From positions 1,065-65,064 of the forward strand of contig JAZDPX010000022.1 of assembly GCA_043797125.1 (NCBI GenBank): a DNA stretch of 64,000 nucleotides. Direction: 5' to 3'. Below the pieces are notes generated by a model. The model saw nothing but the letters and a program-made list of their open reading frames with translations, was not told the origin of the DNA and made no database searches. Made by a program: the position numbers and the translations under genes. This stretch comes from Candidatus Omnitrophota bacterium (GTDB lineage Bacteria > Omnitrophota > Gorgyraeia > JABMRG01 > JAFGKX01). Shown here piece after piece: positions 46,442 to 55,681 of the stretch (positions are counted from its first letter, which is position 1; the number at the start of each line of letters is the position of its first letter).

Positions 46442-48322
46442 ATGCTAAGCGATCAAAAACTAACGAAGAAACAAAAAGAGATATTAGATTATATCCAAAA
46501 TTTCATAGAGGATAACGACTATTCCCCATCATTGCAAGAAATTGCTAATCATTTTAAACGCAAATCTATAGCTACAGTTCATCAGCATATCGCTGCCTTA
46601 AGAGATAAACATTACTTAAACTTTGAGGAAAACCAGCCGCGCTCAATAAGTGTCTATGGTAAAAAAGATTCAAAAGACCAAATAACCCTGCCGCTTTTAG
46701 GCACTATAGCCGCCGGCACGCCTATTGAAGCCGTCGAAGACCTTGAGCCCATAACTGTATCTAAATCTTTGCTTTCAAGGTCCGGCAGGCACTATGTGTT
46801 AAAAGTAAAGGGTAACAGCATGATAAACGAAGGGATATTCAACGGAGACTTTGTAATTATCCGTGAACAACCTACGGCAGAGCAAGGCGATACGGTTGTA
46901 GCAATCATAAATGGCAATGAAGCTACACTTAAAAAATTTTATACAGAAAAAGATTTGTTTGTGCTGAAGTCAGCCAACCCGGACGTTCCCTCGATTGCAA
47001 CTAAGGAATTAGTCGTAAGAGGCAAGGTAATAAGTGTTATTAGAAATTTAAATAACAGCAAAAGCGAAATAGAAAAAATAGCTGACAGTAAAAAAAGGCG
47101 AATCGATTATTCATGGGATTTTAGAGGAGAAAACACCAAACCATATACACACGGTTTTCATAATTATCCTGCAATGTTCATACCGCAACTCGCCAGACGT
47201 CTTATATTAAACTGCAGTCAAAGCGGCGATACAATCTGTGATATTTTTTGTGGCAGTGGCACAGCTTTAGTTGAAAGTAGGTTGTTAGGCAGAAATGCTT
47301 ATGGCATAGAACTAAATCCGCTCGCTAGTTTGATTGCTAAAGTAAAAACAACGCCATTAAACCCAAATACCGTACAAAAAGAATATGTTTCCTTATTAAC
47401 CAATATTAATAAATATAAACCTAAAAAGGCAGAATTGCCTTTATTTTTCAATATAAATTTTTGGTATAAGGAAAATGCAATATACGAATTAACAAAAATA
47501 AAAAAATGTATTGATGACATAAAAAATAAAGACATAAAAAATTTCTTTTTAGTGGCTTTTAGCGAAACAGCCAGATTTACATCGAATATGCGAAATGGCG
47601 AATTTAAACTCTTTAGAATTCCTCAAGAAAGGCTAAAAGACTATAATCCAGATGTTGTATCTATATTCAGAAAACGCGCCGAAAACAACACAGAAAGAAT
47701 GAAAGAATTCTATAATGATGTCGATAATAATACATGGGTTAAAATTATAGAGGGCGACTCCACCAAAAGATATGACATAAAAGATGAATCTATGGACTGC
47801 ATAATTACATCCCCTCCTTATGGAGATAGCAGAACAACTGTTGCATATGGACAGTTCTCGCGCTTATCTTTACAATGGTTAAATATGCTATCTGATGATG
47901 AAATGCAAATTGACAAAAAATTATTGGGTGGGGTATTTAATTCTGATATTCAGAATAATCTAAAATCCAAGTCTTTGGCAAGAGTTCTTAATATAATTGC
48001 AGAATATGATTCAAAAAGAGCTAAAGAAGTATTAGCTTTTTACATAGATTTGAATAAAGCAATGGCTCAAGCTTATAGGATATTAAAACGATATAAGTAT
48101 TTTTGTGTTGTTATTGGCAATAGGACTGTTAAAAAAGTAAATCTGCCGACTGATTTTATTGTATCTGAATTAGGAGATAATTTGAGGCTTCATACAGTAG
48201 ACATTATCGTAAGAAATATACCCAACAAGCGTATGCCATTAAAAAACTCTCCCACTAACGTCCCTGGAGAGCTCGAAAAGACTATGCAAAAAGAAAGCAT
48301 AGTTATTTTGCAAAAATTATAA
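46442..48322 (+). CDS. LexA repressor fused to an N4-cytosine-type DNA methyltransferase
   Basis: About aa 1-200: LTKKQKEILDYI..PSLQEIA wHTH, IAAG cleavage site, GNSM Ser, ATLKK Lys. Then HNYPAMF, DIFCGSGT (motif I) and ITSPPY (motif IV). Confidence 0.9.
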   Translation: MLSDQKLTKKQKEILDYIQNFIEDNDYSPSLQEIANHFKRKSIATVHQHIAALRDKHYLNFEENQPRSISVYGKKDSKDQITLPLLGTIAAGTPIEAVEDLEPITVSKSLLSRSGRHYVLKVKGNSMINEGIFNGDFVIIREQPTAEQGDTVVAIINGNEATLKKFYTEKDLFVLKSANPDVPSIATKELVVRGKVISVIRNLNNSKSEIEKIADSKKRRIDYSWDFRGENTKPYTHGFHNYPAMFIPQLARRLILNCSQSGDTICDIFCGSGTALVESRLLGRNAYGIELNPLASLIAKVKTTPLNPNTVQKEYVSLLTNINKYKPKKAELPLFFNINFWYKENAIYELTKIKKCIDDIKNKDIKNFFLVAFSETARFTSNMRNGEFKLFRIPQERLKDYNPDVVSIFRKRAENNTERMKEFYNDVDNNTWVKIIEGDSTKRYDIKDESMDCIITSPPYGDSRTTVAYGQFSRLSLQWLNMLSDDEMQIDKKLLGGVFNSDIQNNLKSKSLARVLNIIAEYDSKRAKEVLAFYIDLNKAMAQAYRILKRYKYFCVVIGNRTVKKVNLPTDFIVSELGDNLRLHTVDIIVRNIPNKRMPLKNSPTNVPGELEKTMQKESIVILQKL

Positions 48323-48324
48323 AA

Positions 48325-49035
48325 TTATACCAACCGTCTTAATTCTTGAAAACATTTTTCTAATTTACTTTTTCTCACCCTAAAGGCTGTGCCATGATTC
48401 CTTACGGTTCCGTTTTCTCTTAAATGCATTCTGAAATCTACAGTTATTATATCTTTTGCAATCATGTTCTTAAACGATTCAAAACTAAACCCCTTAAGAA
48501 AATAGGCCTCGTTAAAGCAAAACTCTTCTCGTCCGTTATCTTTCATTCTTGCATCTGCTTTGACTACAATAAGTTTTGGAATTTTTTGCAAAAACCTTTC
48601 TTTGAGTTGCTCTGCCACCCAATATATATCAATATCTTCTTTATCCGAAGTGACTTTTATTCGTCCTTTTTCAACTTCTAATTTCAATGATTGTGGATTA
48701 AAGGTACTACTATTAATTGTACAATATAATTCTTTTTGTCTTAAATTGTCACGTTTTTTATAACCAAACCTTTCTAACAATGACCTATCTCTTTGCCCGC
48801 CTTCTGGCTGCGGCTCGCATGTAAATAGAGTCAATAACGATGGGGAATCTTTTCTGAAAGCTTTTAATTCTACGCCGCCGTCTAAATCCGGCAAGGGAAT
48901 ATTATTTTCCTTAAGACCTAGATAGGTTTCAAGTGTATAGCCAATACCAGTATCGCTGCTTCGAAGGCTCTCTACATATCCTTTATCCGCTATCTTTTTT
49001 AATTCTTGTTTAAATTCCGCAATAGTTTTATACAT
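48325..49035 (-). CDS. MvaI/BcnI-family type II restriction endonuclease
   Basis: GIGYTLETYLGLKENN..PD....ELK (PD-ExK), LTLFT, RNHGTAFR. Confidence 0.82.
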   Translation of the reverse strand: MYKTIAEFKQELKKIADKGYVESLRSSDTGIGYTLETYLGLKENNIPLPDLDGGVELKAFRKDSPSLLTLFTCEPQPEGGQRDRSLLERFGYKKRDNLRQKELYCTINSSTFNPQSLKLEVEKGRIKVTSDKEDIDIYWVAEQLKERFLQKIPKLIVVKADARMKDNGREEFCFNEAYFLKGFSFESFKNMIAKDIITVDFRMHLRENGTVRNHGTAFRVRKSKLEKCFQELRRLV

Positions 49036-49070
49036 CTAAGATTTTACATACCTTACCGAAGCGCTACACA

Positions 49071-49239
49071 CAAGTGAGGTTTTTGCAATGCGAGGTGCAT
49101 TAGAAAATTTTTGCCAAATGTACTTTTAGGACTTATGGCGAGGAGCGGCTAAATTTAGATATTTGGGAAAGCGAGCGAGCCATAAGTCCAAAAGTACGGC
49201 AAAAATTTTCAGCACCGAGCATTGCAAAAACCGAACTTG
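49071..49239 (+). repeat. long imperfect hairpin element, family A copy 2 (overlaps the lipB 3' end)
   Basis: Homologous to 6043..6212 with compensatory stem changes. Confidence 0.85.
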
Positions 49240-49829
49240 CTAATGAGTTGCTGTTTTAGCTGTTCCTTATCAACAGCGAGTGCCTGCATTGAAGTAACTT
49301 TTATATCTTTAAAACCGCATGGATTTATCCAGCCAAACGGAGTTAAATCGCAGTTGATATTAATAGCAACGCCGTGAAAGGTGACCCAACCGGAAACCCC
49401 GATACCGATTGACGCGATCTTTCCTTGCTCGGTCCAAACTCCGGTTTTGCCTTCAATCTTAAAACCTTCTATGCCATATTCTTTTAAAAGACCTATTACC
49501 ATATCTTCAAGCCGATGCAAATGCTTATGCACGTCTTTGTCGCGCTTTTTAAGGTCGAGTATCGGATAAATTACAATCTGTCCGGGGCCATGATATGTAA
49601 TATCCCCGCCCCTGTCTGTTTCAACAAGCTGCACGCTTTTACTTTTGAGGAACTCTTCGGAGACAAGAAGATTTTTCTTTGTGCCGGAACGGCCGATAGT
49701 TATAACGGGCTTATGCTCTGTGATAAGAATATGCTCACAAGCTTCGCCTTTTTTGACCTTAGCAACAATATCCTTCTGCAGCTTTAAGCATTCTTTATAA
49801 TCGGTTATTCCTAATTCTAGCACTTTCAT
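49209..49829 (-). CDS. lipB: lipoyl(octanoyl) transferase
   Basis: EHKPVITIGR, DRGGDITYHGPGQ, KIASIG, HGVAIN, INPCG. Confidence 0.95.
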   Translation of the reverse strand: MKVLELGITDYKECLKLQKDIVAKVKKGEACEHILITEHKPVITIGRSGTKKNLLVSEEFLKSKSVQLVETDRGGDITYHGPGQIVIYPILDLKKRDKDVHKHLHRLEDMVIGLLKEYGIEGFKIEGKTGVWTEQGKIASIGIGVSGWVTFHGVAININCDLTPFGWINPCGFKDIKVTSMQALAVDKEQLKQQLISKFGFCNARC

Positions 49830-49848
49830 CTTTATTTTAATGTCTGGT

Positions 49849-49911
49849 TGCAGGCTTAAGGCCTTGCCTCAAAAACACGCTTCAGATTTGGGCAAGTAGG
49901 CTCATCCTGCA
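49849..49911. repeat. short family-B-related hairpin upstream of lipB
   Basis: About 45 bp nearly identical to 45820..45864. Confidence 0.8.
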
Positions 49912-49938
49912 TAATAATTATAGAAGGTTACTCTGTTA

Positions 49939-50034
49939 AGGCCTCGGGGTCCTGTCCGTCGTTTTGTGTCCCGCCGTCCTCACTATCGTTGCGGGCGGCG
50001 GGAGCCCTCAAAACGACGGGCCACCCCTCGGCCT
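49939..50034 (-). repeat. GC-rich hairpin element, family C (related half-copy at 50333..50355)
   Basis: Stems ccgtcgttttg/caaaacgacgg and tcccgccg/cggcggga; minus-strand ends GGCC-GA-GGGG/CCCC-GA-GGCC. Confidence 0.75.
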
Positions 50035-50109
50035 GAAATATTAATAAACTTTTATCATTATTATGCCGTTCTCGCTTAAAGTGTAACGGTATCGTAGCAA
50101 TTCGCTAAG

Positions 50110-50328
50110 GTGAGGTTTTTGCAAAATGACCTTAAGAAGCAAAGGTCTGTGGCAAGCCGAGCAGGGCTTGCGAGGCCGAAGCGGGCATGGTTCGCCCTTG
50201 TTTCCATACAGGCGAGAGCGAAGGCCGAGGTCAGAGCACAAAAATCCACGCTGGGGATTTTTGTGCGTCCCTGCGAGGATTGCCACAGGCCTTTGCTAAG
50301 CTATGCCGAACATTGTCAAAAACCGAAC
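50110..50328 (+). repeat. long hairpin with family A termini and a different interior
   Basis: gtgaggtttttgcaa ... cattgtcaaaaaccgaac; inner stem agcaaaggtctgtggcaa/ttgccacaggcctttgct. Confidence 0.75.
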
Positions 50329-50365
50329 TCTTCGACAGACAGGACCCCGCGGCCCTCACAATTTG

Positions 50366-51706
50366 CTACTTCACCCTTCTCGCCGCATCTCTTACCGCCT
50401 CAGATAAAGTAGGATGCGCGTGCAATACGCCGGACAGCTCTTTTATCGTCATGCCTTTTGTCATAGCTACCACAACTTCTGCCAAAAGCTCCGTAACATA
50501 AGGGCCTAACATCTGCACGCCGAGGATTCTGCCGCTTTTATTATCGCACACCAGCTTTATCATACCTTCTGCTTCGTCTATTATCTTGGCTTTGCTTGAA
50601 GCCATAAACGGATAATTGCCGATAGCAACATCAAAACCTTTTTCTTTTGCTTCGTTTTCACTAAGGCCCGCTATAGCCACTTCGGGCGTGGTAAATATGC
50701 AATAAGGCACAATGCCGTAATCTATTGGATTTGCTTTGCCGAATATATTCTCTGCTGCTGTAAAACCTTCGTGCGAAGCTGTATATTCAAGACAATAACC
50801 GCCTATTGCGTCTCCAACCGCGTATATATTATCAACGCTTGTCTTTAGCTTGTCGTCTACAATAATCGCGCCTTTGTTTAATTTAACGCCGCAAGACTCC
50901 AGGCCCAAACCGTCTGTATTTGGTTTTCTTCCTATGGTCAAAAGCAATATTTGTGACTCTATCGTCTCGCCATTTTCTAAAGATGCCGTTACCTTATCTT
51001 TTCCTGCTTCAAGATTTTTTATTGCGGTGTTAACGAGAATTTTTATTCCTCTTTTTTTAAAAAGCTGCGTGAGCCTTCTCGCAATCTCCGTATCCTGGCC
51101 TGGTAAAATCTGCGGCTCTATATCTATTAACGTGACATCGCATCCAAGCTGGCTGTAAATACACGCAAATTCGCAGCCGATATAACCGGCACCCACTATA
51201 GTTATAGAGGAAGGGGTTTTTTTAAAGTTTAACGCGTCAGTGCTTGAAATTACGTTTACATGATTAAATTTTAATTGTTGTGTCTGGCGGCTGGATGAGC
51301 CTGTGGCAATAATGATATATTTGGCCTTTATCTTTTGCCCGCGCACGTCTATGGTGTTTGGATCGTCTATTTTCGCCTCGCCATTCACAATCTCGACTTT
51401 CAGGTTTTTTAAAGCGCTTTCCATTTCATGGCGCAGCTTTTCAATAATGGCGTCCTTAGACTCAAGCATCTTTGCGGAATTCATGCTGCATGATGACGCA
51501 TTGATGCCGAACTGCGCGCTTCTGGAAATACTAGAAAAAAACCTCGCCGCGGTTATTACAAACTTGGTTGGTATGCAACCCTCGTTTACGCAAACTCCGC
51601 CCAGCCTGTCCTTATGTATAAGGCATACCTTTGCGCCAAGCTTTGCAGCGTGTTTTGCCGCCGCATAACCGCCGGGCCCTGCTCCTATGATTGCGAGGTC
51701 GAACAT
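50366..51706 (-). CDS. lpdA: dihydrolipoamide dehydrogenase
   Basis: GAGPGGY, GGVCVNEGCIPTK, GAGYIGCE, HAHPTLSE. Confidence 0.95.
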   Translation of the reverse strand: MFDLAIIGAGPGGYAAAKHAAKLGAKVCLIHKDRLGGVCVNEGCIPTKFVITAARFFSSISRSAQFGINASSCSMNSAKMLESKDAIIEKLRHEMESALKNLKVEIVNGEAKIDDPNTIDVRGQKIKAKYIIIATGSSSRQTQQLKFNHVNVISSTDALNFKKTPSSITIVGAGYIGCEFACIYSQLGCDVTLIDIEPQILPGQDTEIARRLTQLFKKRGIKILVNTAIKNLEAGKDKVTASLENGETIESQILLLTIGRKPNTDGLGLESCGVKLNKGAIIVDDKLKTSVDNIYAVGDAIGGYCLEYTASHEGFTAAENIFGKANPIDYGIVPYCIFTTPEVAIAGLSENEAKEKGFDVAIGNYPFMASSKAKIIDEAEGMIKLVCDNKSGRILGVQMLGPYVTELLAEVVVAMTKGMTIKELSGVLHAHPTLSEAVRDAARRVK

Positions 51707-51707
51707 A

Positions 51708-51752
51708 TTGGTCTATAGTCTATGGTCAATGGTCTATGGTCTATGGTCTATT
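51708..51752. repeat. heptamer array (GGTCTAT)n at the mdh/lpdA junction
   Basis: Six units that include the mdh stop codon. Confidence 0.8.
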
Positions 51753-52674
51753 GTAACTGCTCTATTGAGATTTTGACAGATTCTGCGGCTTTGCGCAAAT
51801 CAGATAACTCTTCCCTGGTAAGTTCTAATTCAACAATCTTCTCAATGCCGTTTTTGCCGATAACTGCAGGCACTCCGAGATAGACATTGCTTATTCCATA
51901 TTCACCCTGCAGAAGGCATGAGGCGCAGATAATCTCTTTTTTATCCTTCAACACAGCGTTAACCATTTCTGCCGCGCAGGCTGAAGGACCGTAAAAAGCG
52001 CTGCCTGTCTTTAGATATGAAACAATTTCAGCTCCGCGAGCCTTTGTCTTTTCAACAACTTGCTTTTGCTGTTCTGCAGATAGAACTTGCGTTAATGGCT
52101 TACCTGAAACCTTGCTTTGGCTTAATGCGCAAACCATGGTCTCGCCGTGAGTGCCCAACACCATAGAATCTATTTCTTTGAGGGGTTTTTTAATGTGGCG
52201 GGAAATTATCAGGTTCATTCTTGATGAATCAAGCAAACCTGCCATGCCAAACACATTTTGCGCCTTAAATTTGCTTACGTTATAAGCGGTAAATGTCATG
52301 GCGTCAAGCGGGTTTGTCACGTTTATGATAACGGATTTTGGAGAATATTTTGCAATTTTTTCCGTAACATCGCTGACAATCGATGCATTTTTAGAAAGCA
52401 GCTCTTCTCTTGTCATCCCTGGCTTTCTGGGGAATCCTGCGGTAATAACAACAATAGATGCACCTTCCATTAACTCAAAATCAGTGCTTCCGATAATTTC
52501 ACCGCTGTGGCTGATTACAGAAGCTGCGTCCATCAAATCCTCAGCCTTGCCCTTTGCAATACCATCTATGACATCTATCAACGCCACATCGCAGGAGCCT
52601 GCCTCAAGCAGCCTCATCGCGACTGACGCGCCGACATTTCCCGCTCCTATTACTGCAACTTTTGAATTTTTCAT
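51748..52674 (-). CDS. mdh: malate dehydrogenase (LDH-like)
   Basis: GAGNVG, TAGFPRKPGMTREEL, VTNPLD, LKTGSAFY. Confidence 0.93.
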   Translation of the reverse strand: MKNSKVAVIGAGNVGASVAMRLLEAGSCDVALIDVIDGIAKGKAEDLMDAASVISHSGEIIGSTDFELMEGASIVVITAGFPRKPGMTREELLSKNASIVSDVTEKIAKYSPKSVIINVTNPLDAMTFTAYNVSKFKAQNVFGMAGLLDSSRMNLIISRHIKKPLKEIDSMVLGTHGETMVCALSQSKVSGKPLTQVLSAEQQKQVVEKTKARGAEIVSYLKTGSAFYGPSACAAEMVNAVLKDKKEIICASCLLQGEYGISNVYLGVPAVIGKNGIEKIVELELTREELSDLRKAAESVKISIEQLQ

Positions 52675-52676
52675 TT

Positions 52677-53762
52677 TTAATTTTTAATTTCTTTTACAAT
52701 CGCTTCCGCCATCTCCCTGGTCCCTACAGCGCCCTTATCAGACCTGTCAGGGGTAAGGTCGTAAGTTACATATTTTCCTTTCATAATCACAGAAGCTACC
52801 GCGTTTTCAAGTCTATCAGCTCCCCTTTTCTCGCCTAAATACCTCAACATAAGCGCGCCGGAAAGTATCATGGCTGTCGGATTCACTTTATTCATGCCTT
52901 TATATTTCGGGGCGCTGCCGTGTGTTGCCTCAAAAACTGCTTCATTGTCGCCGATATTCGCACCGGGAGCCACGCCTAAGCCGCCGACTAAACCTGCGCA
53001 TAAATCAGATATGATATCACCGTAAAGGTTCGGCAGCACAAGCACATCGTATTTTTCCGGCACCTGCACAAGCTGCATGCACATATTATCGACAATCCTA
53101 TCCTCAAATTCTATGCCGCTATCCTTAAACTCAAGCGCTGTTTTTCTTGCCGTTTCCAGAAAAAGGCCGTCTGTAAATTTCATAATATTAGCCTTATGCA
53201 CAGCTGTTACTTTTTTGCGTTTATTTTTAATAGCGTAATTAAACGCGAATCTCACTATTCTTTGCGTAGCGCTGATAGAAATAGGTTTTATGCTAAGACC
53301 GGAATCGTCCTTTATCTTTGCGCCGGATGACTCGCCTATCGCGTTAATCATCTCTTTTGTCTTTTGCTTGCCTTGCTCAAATTCTATTCCCGCATACAGG
53401 TCTTCGGTATTTTCTCTTACGACCACCAGATCTATATCTTCGTATCTAGATCTTACGCCTTTATAGGTTTTGCACGGCCTAAGGCACGCGTACAGGTCTA
53501 ATTTTTTTCTTAACGCTACATTTACGCTTCTAAAACCGCCGCCCACAGGTGTGGTGATGGGGCCCTTAAGCGCGACCTTCGCTCTTTTAATGGCCTCGAT
53601 TGTTTTATCGGGCAATGGCGTGCCATATTTATCCATAACATCCGCGCCTGCCTCCTGGTATACCCAGTCTATTTTTACCCCTGTTGCGTCTATGCACCTT
53701 TTGGCTGCTTCTGATATCTCCGGGCCTACGCCGTCTCCCGGTATAAAGACTACTTTATGCAT
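52677..53762 (-). CDS. isocitrate/isopropylmalate dehydrogenase family (NAD-ICDH-like)
   Basis: [62 protein letters not shown]. Confidence 0.9.
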   Translation of the reverse strand: MHKVVFIPGDGVGPEISEAAKRCIDATGVKIDWVYQEAGADVMDKYGTPLPDKTIEAIKRAKVALKGPITTPVGGGFRSVNVALRKKLDLYACLRPCKTYKGVRSRYEDIDLVVVRENTEDLYAGIEFEQGKQKTKEMINAIGESSGAKIKDDSGLSIKPISISATQRIVRFAFNYAIKNKRKKVTAVHKANIMKFTDGLFLETARKTALEFKDSGIEFEDRIVDNMCMQLVQVPEKYDVLVLPNLYGDIISDLCAGLVGGLGVAPGANIGDNEAVFEATHGSAPKYKGMNKVNPTAMILSGALMLRYLGEKRGADRLENAVASVIMKGKYVTYDLTPDRSDKGAVGTREMAEAIVKEIKN

Positions 53763-54258
53763 TTATCTTAAATCCTCCGTGTTTTTTAAAATGCTCTATT
53801 AAGCCGCCGTCGTTTAATATCCTTAGCATAAAATCAGGCAAAGGCTTGATAGAAATTGCGGCGCCTTTTGTCTTATTATGCATAAGCATTTTCTCAAGGT
53901 CTACAACTATCGAATCGCCTTCGTTAATTTTATCTGTATCGCATTCAAGAAGCATCAATCCTACATTGATGCCGTTTCTGAAGAAAATCCTGGCAAAAGA
54001 CTTTGCTAAAACAGCGCTTATGCCGGCATATTTAATTGCCAGCGGCGCCTGCTCACGAGACGAACCGCATCCGAAATTACTTCCTGCTACGATAAAATCC
54101 CCGTTATTAATCTGCTTATAAAAATCAGGGCGCAGGTCTTCCATCAAATGCTTTGCAAGCTCTCTTGGGTCCTGTATCTTAAACTTGTATCTTCCGGAAA
54201 TAATATAATCTGTATTTATATCATCACCGAATCTGTGCGCTTTCCCGTTTAGTTTCAT
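53755..54258 (-). CDS. 3-isopropylmalate dehydratase/homoaconitase family small subunit
   Basis: [29 protein letters not shown]. Confidence 0.92.
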   Translation of the reverse strand: MKLNGKAHRFGDDINTDYIISGRYKFKIQDPRELAKHLMEDLRPDFYKQINNGDFIVAGSNFGCGSSREQAPLAIKYAGISAVLAKSFARIFFRNGINVGLMLLECDTDKINEGDSIVVDLEKMLMHNKTKGAAISIKPLPDFMLRILNDGGLIEHFKKHGGFKINA

Positions 54259-54266
54259 TTTGTTAG

Positions 54267-54318
54267 GCTTTACACTTTACGTTTTAGACTTTACACTTAA
54301 CACTTTACACTTAACACT
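54267..54318. repeat. heptamer array (CTTTACA)n
   Basis: ctttaca ctttacg ttttaga ctttaca cttaaca ctttaca cttaaca. Confidence 0.78.
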
Positions 54319-55564
54319 GCCTCGGGTCCGTTATCTTTCCTTCTAACGCCGACGCCGCTACCGTCGCAGGCGACGCCAGATAAATAAACGCGTCTGGGTT
54401 GCCCATCCTGCCCTTAAAATTCCTGTTAGCGGTTGAGATTACGTTTTCACCGTCTGCAGGAACGCCATGATGCGTGCCGACGCACGGCCCGCAGCCCGGA
54501 GTGACTACGTTTGCGCCTGCTTTAATAAATATTTCTATGAGGCCTTTTTTTATAGCGTCAAGATATATGCTTTTCGAAGCTGGCGCCACTATCATCCTTA
54601 CGCTCTTTGCTATTTTTCTGCCCTTAAGAATATTAGCGGCAATTACAAGATCCTCCAGCCTTCCGTTTGTGCATGTTCCTAGCACAGCTTCGTCTATGCG
54701 CTTGCCTAATAATTCTGATATATCGGATACATTATCAACGGTATGCGGCTTTGCTATCTGCGGCTTTAATTTACTTACATCATATCTTTTTACTGCTGCG
54801 TACTGTGCGCCTTTATCCGGATACACTCCATTTGCCTTGGCCTTTTTGTCAATCATCTTAAGCCAGTCAAATACCTTTTTATCCGCGTACATAATGCCGA
54901 ATTTAGCGCCCATCTCTACCGCCATATTAGAGATGGTAAAACGCGCATCAACACTTAAAGAATCTATTGCGCTGCCGGTAAATTCTACCGCATTATAAGT
55001 GCAGCCGTCTGCGCCTAAATCGCCGATTATGTGCAGTATTATATCCTTTGAATAGACGCCCTTTGGGGGCTTACCGTCAACTATTATTTTTACTGTCTCG
55101 GGAACTTTAAACCAATTTTTTCCACTGGCCAGCGTTATCGCCAAATCCGTAGAACCAAAACCTGTGGATAAAAGGCCCAATGCGCCGTATGTGCAGGTAT
55201 GCGAATCTGCCCCGACAACCAAATCTCCCGGGCGAATATTCCCAGATTCTAAAACTACCTGGTGACAAACGCCGCACCCTATATCATATAAGCACAGCTT
55301 ATTTTTATCTGCAAACTGCCTCATCTTTTTGTGAATCGCTGAAACGCCTATGTTCGGAGACGGAGCGCTGTGGTCAATAACCATGCAGAATTTATTTTTC
55401 CCAGAAAGTTTTTTAATCCCAAGCCTGTTTAACGCGTCTATAATCAGGCCGCTTGTTCCGTCCTGGCCCATGCAGAAATCAACATTGCAAAGCGCGTAAT
55501 CTCCCGCTTTAAGGTCTTTGCCGGAGTGTGTACTCAATATTTTTTCAGCTACTGTTTTTTTCAT
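54311..55564 (-). CDS. 3-isopropylmalate dehydratase/homoaconitase family large subunit
   Basis: GADSHTCTYG, GTCTNGR, PGCGPCVG, NRNFKGRMG. Confidence 0.93.
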   Translation of the reverse strand: MKKTVAEKILSTHSGKDLKAGDYALCNVDFCMGQDGTSGLIIDALNRLGIKKLSGKNKFCMVIDHSAPSPNIGVSAIHKKMRQFADKNKLCLYDIGCGVCHQVVLESGNIRPGDLVVGADSHTCTYGALGLLSTGFGSTDLAITLASGKNWFKVPETVKIIVDGKPPKGVYSKDIILHIIGDLGADGCTYNAVEFTGSAIDSLSVDARFTISNMAVEMGAKFGIMYADKKVFDWLKMIDKKAKANGVYPDKGAQYAAVKRYDVSKLKPQIAKPHTVDNVSDISELLGKRIDEAVLGTCTNGRLEDLVIAANILKGRKIAKSVRMIVAPASKSIYLDAIKKGLIEIFIKAGANVVTPGCGPCVGTHHGVPADGENVISTANRNFKGRMGNPDAFIYLASPATVAASALEGKITDPRQC

Positions 55565-55567
55565 TTT

Positions 55568-55681
55568 ATTAATTCAAAATTCAAAATGTAAAATTCGAAA
55601 TTGCAATTAAAAATTCAAAATTATAAAACATTTTTAATTTTACATTGCAATTTTACATTTTTAATTTTTAATTTTTAATTT
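55568..55681. repeat. AT-rich heptamer inverted array overlapping the aspC 3' end
   Basis: aaattca/aaatgta arm followed by a reverse-complement arm. Confidence 0.78.

Noticed and set aside
50041-50501. ORFs 50041..50286, 50110..50412 and 50187..50501
   Set aside because: They overlap GC-rich hairpin elements or antisense lpdA and show no protein motifs.
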